Origin: Eledone cirrhosa | Lineage: Eukaryota | Assembly: GCA_964016885.1 (NCBI GenBank) | Contig: OZ024740.1 | Coordinates: 184,016,001 to 184,080,000, forward strand | Direction: 5' to 3' | Length of the DNA: 64,000 bases | In this document: piece by piece, positions 55,301 through 64,000 of the stretch | Layout of the letters: every line of letters starts with the position of its first letter | How positions within the stretch are numbered: the stretch's first letter is position 1 | Notes under the pieces: generated by a model | What the model saw: the letters and a program-made list of their open reading frames with translations, nothing else | Told to the model about the DNA's origin: nothing | Database searches by the model: none | Position numbers and translations under genes: made by a program

Positions 55301-57570
55301 AACCCACGCGTCTTATCTAGCAGTCCATACAGATCAGAAACTTCTGATCTGAATAGGCGACTGTTTTAAAACGTGTACAGCTTACACTATTTCTATCTAT
55401 TTTTCTAATGAATATCCTGACTATATACGATCTAGATGACCTTATGCAGTTGGTCCAGATCAACACCGGCGCATTAGAGAAATCTAGTCGGTACCTGTCA
55501 GACTGTTGGAACTGGCTGATTTGGCACATGAGGCTTTTTCCCGCCCATCTCCTATCAGCTACTCCCACACAATCCCTATGATGCCGTTCCAGTCACCCGC
55601 TAACAGTAAAGGGCGAGACGTACACAAAAAGGCTTCCAGGTGCGTAAAGAAGTCCGGCCGTCTGCCCCCGGTAGGGGCATAAACTGCCACTAGATTAAAG
55701 ACACCACCTTCACTATTGTTCACCTCTAGGACCACTCAATTACCATCCGGCTTCCGGAAGATCGACCTTTGCTCGAGATTCAGTCGTTTCCTAAACAGTA
55801 CTTCCTACCCACCTCACATTCCCTGCCGACTAACAGATGCGGAGATCTGACAGTCGTCAACAATGGGGGCTAGTGCGCACGTGTTGGAAATTCTGGTTTC
55901 GCTGACGACAATTACATCCATATCTCGAGCCCTGAGGTCGTTCAGCAGGGGATCCTGCTTCCAGGGCGACCCCAGTCCACGAACATTTAAACATCCTACT
56001 CTTAATATGGCCACGTTGGCAGGCGCTAAACGAAATAGGAAATGTTTACTTAACTCCCGGGGTCTTGTGGAAGTCGGGTGGTTTGCCCTCTATGGTTGGT
56101 GGGGTTTCCATTGGGAACCACTTGAGAATCCTACTCGTTTTAAACATTTTCATTACGGGTCTCTCGTCGTCGGGAAAGCTCTCCCTAATATTTTTATATG
56201 TTTGTATTGGCCTCCACACCAATCGCAGTGTTTGGGGCACGTTGAGGATGCAGGTACCAAAAACCTCTCCCTCTTTCTCAATGTTTTAACTTCATGTTAC
56301 AAGGGCCATGAGTTGTGTGTCGGCCCTCCTTAGTAACATGAAGTTTGGTGTGTCTGTCTTTGTTGGTGTCTGGGTGTGTTTTCTTTTGTGTGTTTTGTGT
56401 GCTTGTTGGTGTGTGTGTGGAGTTGGATTTTCTTTTTCTTTTTGTGCTTTCTTTTTTTCATTTTAGCTTTTTGCTTTTTGGGGTTCACCCTCATCTTCAT
56501 TCGGAGCAGTGGAGCAACTGGTGTCTAGGGACATTGTGTCAGAGGGGAGTGGGAGTGTGTTTACGGGTGTGTGTGTTTTGCTCTGTGTGTATGTGTTTGA
56601 AAGAGGGGAAGAGGGCGAGTTTGTTTGGGTAACAACTAGGGTGGATTAATTTTCCTTGTCGTTAATGTTGCCATTTCATTTTCTGTAGCTTCTGGTGTTT
56701 CCCTTGTCCCGACACCGGTAGTGGCAGCAACGGGCGCTTGCGGCACCCTGCAGTTTTCAATTGGGGGTAAAAGGCTTCCAGGTGTGTGGCTTCACCACAC
56801 AGGACACAATGCGGCCGTTTGCCCTCCGTGACTACTTGGCTTCCGTACCCCTCCGGTAGTTTGGCGTGATCCGGTATATGTTTCTGTCTCCAGGTCTGAT
56901 TCGAAGAAGAATCTCCAAACCGGTCCCGGACCAACTATCTCTATTTGTGAATTTAACGTCGAGGTTGGTGTTAGGGCCTTGTACCACCACGCATCCCAGG
57001 GGGGGGGGGGGGGGGGGCACCATAAATCCAGTCCTTGCAGAACCCTGGGAACACGGACCCTTATTGTTCCTCTCCCCATGTAGAACTGGTACAACATGAT
57101 TTGACACGTTTTGCAGGGGACCATAGAATGCTTTATAGCAAGGGCTGCCGTTTTGAAAAGCACCAAAATGCTCCCAATCTATCAGGCCCTTGTTATATGA
57201 TATATGTCATCCTTATCGATGCATTTCAGTGCTGACGCTACCTGTCCTTCGGAGGCATTCTCGGCTTTTCGAGATTTGTCCGAAATGCATCAATATCTTA
57301 AAAGTTCTCTTCTCTTTTGTTGCTATTACCTCTGCGGGGACGTTTAAATTGGCCCAGCTTTTCTCTCTTGTAATAATTTTTTCCGCTCGTGTCAAACGTT
57401 CCTTTTTCTCTGTAAGATCAAAATCGTACAGTGTTTGGCCTGTTGCTGCTGTGGCCGCGAAAGCACTCCTTTTGTTGATGCTGTGTCACTGCTTTGCTGT
57501 TTTTCGTTGACTATGTTGTTGGTGTTGTCTTTCTTGTTGTTGGTGATGTTGTCACTATTGCAATTGATGT
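52400..57570 (-). mobile_element. Tx1/L1-like LINE copy C, older and 5'-truncated within ORF1
   Basis: ORF2 remnants 56014-52652 (ILRVGCLNVRGLG, AYADD); ORF1 knuckle CVLCGEATHLEAFY; 3' end in (AAT)n. Confidence 0.88.
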
Positions 57571-57660
57571 TGGGATTTGAACTCAGAACGTAAAGGACCA
57601 TATGTCCTATGATTCAAAGAATAGTGTCTGGCTCTCTACCGATACTGCAAAACCACAACC
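57571..57660 (-). mobile_element. SINE 5' head only (A/B boxes), abutting copy C
   Basis: gggatttgaactcagaacgtaaagg ... ctctaccgatactgc on the plus strand. Confidence 0.7.
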
Positions 57661-59003
57661 AATAATGATGATGATGATGATGAGAATAATAATAGTCAAA
57701 GACCACAAAAACCTCTGTGGAAATGATAAAAAGAAACAGATAGATACATAACCAAATTTTTAGGACTTGAAAATATATACTGCATTGGAAAATAGCACTT
57801 CTTGTTACTGCATACATATTATAAAGTGTACTCTTAACAATTCAACACAAACCCAAGCTCTGCTCAGTGATGACATAATAAAAATAAGTTTAATATTGAT
57901 AATAGTAATAATATAAAACTTTTTCTAATTTTGGCACATGGTCAGCAATATTTGGGGGTGAAAAAAGTCGATTGTATTGACCTCATTATTTGAGTGTTAC
58001 TTTATTTTGTCGGACCCAGAAGGACGAAAGACAATGTTCACTGCAATAGGATTTTAACTCAGAACAAATACGTTCAACGATGCTGCTATGCATGTTTGTA
58101 CAAATATGCAGACTTTTGGGGACATGAATGTTAGGGAGAAGATTATATCAACAATAGTACATTACTAGCATTTACTTTATTGGCAATGGAGTGTTGGAAA
58201 CATATATTTGATTTTGGTATGATTTTGATACAGAAGGAAAAGGGGCTAGACTAATAATCATTTCTTTATTGATTATTGTATTTATTTGTTTATTAATTCT
58301 CCATTTATTTCTTTGTTAGTCATTATTTATTTAGTTAATTACCTACTTATTTTAAATCAGTTATTTAACCCAGTACTTCGAAGTCTTAATGGTCACTATG
58401 ATTAGCACCAAGCCACAGGTTTGGAAATATATATATAGACAGAGAGAGAAAGAAAGGCAGAAAATAGAGAGGCGAAGAGAAGGAAGAGAAGAGAGAAAGG
58501 GGAAATAATAAATAGCGGGGAAAAGAGAAGACTGATATGAATGGAGAGCGGGTTATAATCGATGTCAGTATTCATATATCTAAGAATCGATATTACATAT
58601 TTGAGCAACCCGGAAGAATGAAAGGCAAAATCAATCTCACCAACATTGGGACAGAATCTGTAAAAGGAAGGAACATAATATTGAGTTCTTACGTATGTAC
58701 AAGGCCAGAAATTTGGACAAAGCTTCATTCATATGTATTGACTCCAGTACTTGACTGGTAATTAGTTGATCAATTCCGTAGGGTTTGGAAGGTAGTACTT
58801 TATATTTATATATATATATGTATTGTTATACTTGGGGAGGGTCATATTGTTATAATATTGCCAGAAATAATAACAGAACAGACTGTTTGGTTTGGGTTGC
58901 TTTTCGCTTCTGTATCTTTCATATCTTCATAGGTAATTTATCAGGCAATCAATGTTTATCATTGATTGACCAAAGGTTAAAAATACAAATATAAATATAT
59001 ACA

Positions 59004-59091
<88 letters not shown>

Positions 59092-59280
59092 ATAGCTTTC
59101 ACCGTACATGTACGTCAATGTACGTCAATGTACGTACATGTACGTCAATACTCATCTTTTTCCATTTATCTGAGGGTTCTAAACCCCGTTATCAAGCTAA
59201 AATTCCTTTAGTTAAAACTACGGTGAAAGCTATATATTTTCTAATTTCAAACTCGCTCACTGTTTCAAAGCATACTTACT

Positions 59281-59326
<46 letters not shown>

Positions 59327-59327
<1 letters not shown>

Positions 59328-59370
59328 ATCAAAGTTCTTTCGTCACACATCTGCGACATCATCAGTGGTA
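59327..59370 (-). ncRNA. Degenerate minimal type I hammerhead
   Basis: TACCA-CTGATGA-T-GTCGCA(gatg)TGTGAC-GAAA-GAAC-TT-TGATA. Confidence 0.6.
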
Positions 59371-59399
59371 TTATTATTTTAGTACCACTTGTAAAACAA

Positions 59400-59432
<33 letters not shown>

Positions 59433-59519
59433 ATTGGAAATCAGTAAAATCGAATCTGTGGAGGTTTGCAAGTAAATTCGGCCTACTTATATGGAAAATT
59501 ATATATATATAAGAAAATG

Positions 59520-59554
<35 letters not shown>

Positions 59555-59628
59555 CGTTATTCCCGGTTCAATCGGAGGTAACCACAGTAAGTAAGGTACT
59601 CAATACATAGCAGAGTATAACAGTTTTA

Positions 59629-59711
59629 ATATAGATGAGATTCTACAGGACTAGAACTGTTTCAACAACTGTTTCTAACGAATGAAACAGTTCTAGTCCT
59701 GTAGAATCTCA

Positions 59712-59718
<7 letters not shown>
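59629..59718. repeat. ~36-bp perfect hairpin
   Basis: atatagatgagattctacaggactagaactgtttca / tgaaacagttctagtcctgtagaatctcatctatat. Confidence 0.9.
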
Positions 59719-59796
<78 letters not shown>

Positions 59797-59799
<3 letters not shown>

Positions 59800-60050
59800 T
59801 TGGTGCTCTTGCATAGCGATATACATGTAAATGTACGTATTGTATGTAGAATGATATACGGAATGTTTCTGAAAAACATTTGAAGGCCTTTCGCTATGAA
59901 TTTTAGGAGGGTGACCAGCGTCACATACCTAGCCTCAGCATAAATAGGAGGAAGTAATCGGTTTTCACTTGTCAGAGTTTCTCAAGCTTATATATCTCCC
60001 TACCTTTGTTGAAGCTAAATTATGCTAGATTCTTATAGAATTCTTTGTAG
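59797..60050. repeat. Divergent copy of the 26-kb repeat unit, with U3-A8 hammerhead-like motif at 59947-59999 (-)
   Basis: Collinear blocks ggtgctct..atagcgatata, cattt.gaag.cctt.cgctat, gtgac..tcac, gattcttatagaattct. Confidence 0.72.
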
Positions 60051-60127
60051 AAACACCAATACAAACTTAATTTAAGCAGAACCAGCTACTGCTCCGTATG
60101 TAAATGAGTTTCATCAGCTCATAAGCA

Positions 60128-60166
<39 letters not shown>

Positions 60167-60289
60167 GGTAAACATTGATGCAATTCAATTCAAGCACTCA
60201 AAGTACTTTTTCCACATAGGAGTGACGGAGTAAATATCGGATAAGGAAAAGCGAAGTAGTTTCAGATGTTCAAGTCCTTTAATAATAAT

Positions 60290-60363
60290 GCTGTGATATA
60301 TATTTCAATGACGACACTGGCCACACTGTTCTGTGTGCGAGTGTCGTGACATCATCAGACAGC
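60290..60363 (-). ncRNA. Type I hammerhead ribozyme (left arm)
   Basis: GCTGT-CTGATGA-tgtc-ACGACACT...AGTGTCGT-catt-GAAA-TATATA-TC-ACAGC. Confidence 0.75.
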
Positions 60364-61555
60364 TTGTTACATAATAAGGTTGTTTCCGAGGCAATCCAAA
60401 TTGAATCGACATGGGAACGGATGAAGTTCGTGCTTTTGGGCTTTTCATCCGTTCCCTTGTGAGTACCAATTCACCCCCACCGGTCTGCGCAAGCGCATGT
60501 CCGAAGGAAGTTGACCATTAGCACCGCAGATTTCAACGAAATTCGCTGTCACTGGCCCACCTATGCCTTGCCAAAGTTTACTGCTACCCATCGCTACTGT
60601 GGCAGTCAGCAGAAAGCCAGAGGGGATGGGAGGGTGTTAGTTTTTATAGGTCATAATACTACCTTTCACTAAGCGTTGACAGTAAGACTGACCATCAACT
60701 CATAAGGGAAAATAAACTTAATTCTAGGTACTATGGTTTTACATTGTAAGTTAAGAGTGAGAGTTGGAAATAAGAATTAAAATTAAAAGTTAAAATTCTA
60801 AATCAAATATCAGAGATTATAAATTAAACAATAAAGAATTCAAAAATTCTGAATTCAAAAATTTTGTTCAAGTGATAATTCGGATTGAGTAAAAATATAG
60901 ATTGAAGTGAGTAAATAATATGGAGAGAGATGTTTAAGTAATATGTTCTGGGAGGGATTCTAGTGTTACAGTTACTCTATCCAGATATTGAACGACAGTG
61001 CCGTACATTATAACGGAGGGCAAACCACCTGGTTCAAGGCATTAGTCAATCTGTTACACGGTCATACTGTCCATCACATGGAACAGAATCAAAGAAAAAC
61101 AGACATAGAGTACACAAAAGAAAAGAAAAGAACAGAGACAATAGTGAATAAATGCAAAAACACAGAGTACATATATGTAAAACCATAGTACCTAGAATTA
61201 AGTTTATTTTCCCTTATGAGTTGATGGTCAGTCTTACTGTCAACGCTTATTGAAAGGTAGTATTATGACCTATAAAAACTAACACCCTCCCATCCCCTCT
61301 GGCTTTCGGCTGACTGCCACAGTAGCGATGGGTAGCAGTAAACTTTGGCAAGGCATAGGTGGGCCACTGACAGCGAATTTCGTTGAAATCTGCGGTGCTA
61401 ATGGTCAACTTCCTTCGGACATGCGCTTGCGCAGACCGGTGGGGGTGAATTGGTACTCACAAGGGAACGGATGAAAAACCCAAAAGCATGAACTTCATCC
61501 GTTCCCATGTCGATTCAATTTGGATTGCCTCGGAAACAACCATATTATGTAACAA

Positions 61556-61629
61556 GCTGTCTGATGATGTCACGACACTCGCACACAGAACAGTGTGGCC
61601 AGTGTCTTCATTGAAATATATATCACAGC
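61556..61629 (+). ncRNA. Type I hammerhead ribozyme (right arm)
   Basis: GCTGT-CTGATGA-...GACACT...AGTGTC...-GAAA-TATATA-TC-ACAGC. Confidence 0.75.
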
Positions 61630-61681
61630 ATTATTATTAAAGGACTTGAACATCTGAAAATACTTCGCTTTTCTTTATCCT

Positions 61682-61748
<67 letters not shown>

Positions 61749-62109
61749 CTTGTATTTAAACAGATTTTATATTAACATTTATCAGAAGCAAAAGTAGTAA
61801 AGTTACCATACACTCAAACACACACCATAACAATGGGTGCAGGAGTTTCTTCTCTCATAATCTTTTAGCCAAGCCAACACACTCGCAGCGTTGTCATGAG
61901 AGATACAAAGGTTAAGGTGTTGTAATAACCAAGCTCTCACGTGGAAATCACCTGGAATGTCAGTAATGTGAGTCACCAAAACAGCAAGTACCTCGATATC
62001 AGCAGCTCAACTGCCGTATGTGAAGTAAATACTGCATGGCTTTCGTTCTACTACACTAATATTTCTACCAGTCTATTACCGTGAGAAGAAGATCAATCAT
62101 ATATATTCT

Positions 62110-62305
62110 TAATTCAGGCATAAGGCCAACAATTTAAACGGTGGTGTAATCAATGAAATAGGCTCCATCGCTTGATTGGTACTGTATTTTGTCGACCCCA
62201 TGAGGATGAATGGAATAGGTGACATCTGTGGGATTTGAAGTCAAAGTTGTAACTAAATAAGTTAAGGTATATTTCTAAGACACTAATAATTCTACCAATC
62301 CACTG
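62110..62305 (-). mobile_element. Very diverged SINE copy
   Basis: aggcataaggccaacaa...ggtactgtattttgtcgaccccatgaggatgaa...gggatttgaa...ccaatccac. Confidence 0.6.
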
Positions 62306-64000
62306 TCCATGGAACAATAATAATGATTTCTAAGATACCAAGACAAATATATTAAAGACTGGTGAATGTTTTTAGTCAACCAAACCAGCCCAGTAATCAT
62401 CTGATACTTTATTCTGACTATTTTGATGGGATTTGATCATAACCTGTAATTAAACCCCACAATATATTTTCCTTAACTCTACCGATTATTCCAGCCATTG
62501 ATCTAACAATCATAACAATATGTTTTAATTTAGGCGAGAAATGTTTGAATTGTGGAAATGTCGATCAAATCGATGCCAGTACTTAGCACTTACTTCATTT
62601 TATGAAAGAAACCTTGATCTCAGTTTAATTTGAAATTAGGAATTAAAGAGCTGGTAGAAATATCATGAAGCACTTTGTCCAAAGCTCTAATCCACGATTC
62701 TGCTAATCCACTGCTCTTCTAAGAATCATATGGATTACAGTAATAATTATGCACCTACCACAAGCAGATCGAAGAATAAACTTGTCTAAAAGTAACTAAT
62801 TTAAGTATAGAAAATATTTGGAAGTGCAGCACTCTCTAAGTTAGATAATATCTAATTTTGAGGATATCTAAGAGGAATAAAATTAGTGTTACAATGAGTG
62901 GGATACAGTACTTCGAAACATGTCTAGATTGACAAGGAGAGCAAATGTTACAATGAATAGAATACAGTACTTTGGAATATTTCTGTGCAGAGTGACAAGA
63001 AATGAAAGGCAACCACTCAGATGTGATCACTCATCCAACTATCCTCCGGGGAAATACCTTCTCTACTCTGTCCGTCGGAGCCGTGGAGCGGCCAGGGCGT
63101 GGGCCTCCATTTGCTTATAATAGCGAGAGAGACGGAGGCAGTAACAATGGGATGATTCAATTATGTCCATACCTAATATATATGCATACACACCACATAT
63201 ACAATACGTACAGTTGATTAGGTTCTACTGCATCGGAGGTATTTTTTTGTAACATAATGTACAAAAAAAGAATCCATATATTCTGTCAACCTTTCATTCG
63301 ATTCTGACCACGATATCACACAAATGTAATTAAAATACAAGAATGTTAAAAATGAATTAAACATGATGTGAAAGTATAAGGGTAAGATAAAAACTAATAT
63401 AAAAATAATATATACACCATACTGAGACTGAAACCTTTCCATTCAACGAGTAAGCCTGAGTTGTTTGAAATTGCCGCTAAATTGACTTACACAATAATGC
63501 CTTCCATTATATTCAAAATTAAACTCAGAACACATACTTAGTGTAACATATGTTCTTGAGTAAGCTTTTAATCATTAGTGCAACTATCACAGTACACACT
63601 GTACACATGTTTTATCCATTCATTTCAGTAATAAGTTAGTACAACTTACATAGTTCATGCACTGCGCAACCAGCTTCTGTAGGAGATCTTAGGAGTCTCT
63701 ATTTGGCTGTTATCACCGCTAAAAAGAACAACAGGTTGCATCTACCATCTTCTAAACATGAAGGACACCTTCGAATGTGTCTTGATTTAAACACATGTAT
63801 TAAGAATTAATTTCTCGTGAGCAAACAAGAAAGTTTCTTTGTGGTCGCTTGAACTGCTACAAATATTAGTCAATGCTGAAATCAAGCCACAAAGTATTTA
63901 AGAAGAGAATAATATAAAATAAAGTAGTCATAGTCAGCGGGATAACTAGGGAAAAAGCGCCAATGGCAAGCAGTGAAATTGCGCCTCTGCCCAACAAAGT

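Larger units (their letters stand above)
60239..61680. mobile_element. Element with 506-bp near-identical inverted arms (60239-60744, 61175-61680) and a 430-bp spacer; inverted PLE pseudo-LTR-like
   Basis: Arms are reverse complements with few mismatches, each with a hammerhead; inserted in (TA)n. Confidence 0.88.

Noticed and set aside
60085-60125. Minus-strand CTGATGAAACTC as another hammerhead
   Set aside because: No GAAA-stem III-UH half follows.

Overview
AT-rich, microsatellite-dense metazoan DNA with no host gene I can support. The tRNA-derived SINE family suggests an octopus/cephalopod genome (inference). The window is a retroelement graveyard. It holds three degenerate Tx1/L1-like LINEs (one apparently full-length with an 18-bp TSD), a near-complete Penelope-like element (PLE) with direct pseudo-LTRs, and a second truncated PLE of another clade. 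It also holds several RTE fragments, an R4/Dong-like endonuclease fragment and more than 15 SINE copies. The most interesting layer is non-coding: type I hammerhead-ribozyme (HHR) motifs sit in PLE termini, foldback inverted repeats and a ~320-bp tandem/inverted repeat family. That family (26 kb array, divergent copy at 59.8 kb, fragment at 5.0 kb) carries an HHR with the compensatory U3-A8 core (UUGANAA in place of CUGANGA). The fold is kept while the helix sequences change, as expected for a retrozyme-like element that canonical HHR searches would miss. All folds were read by eye and coordinates of degenerate elements are approximate.
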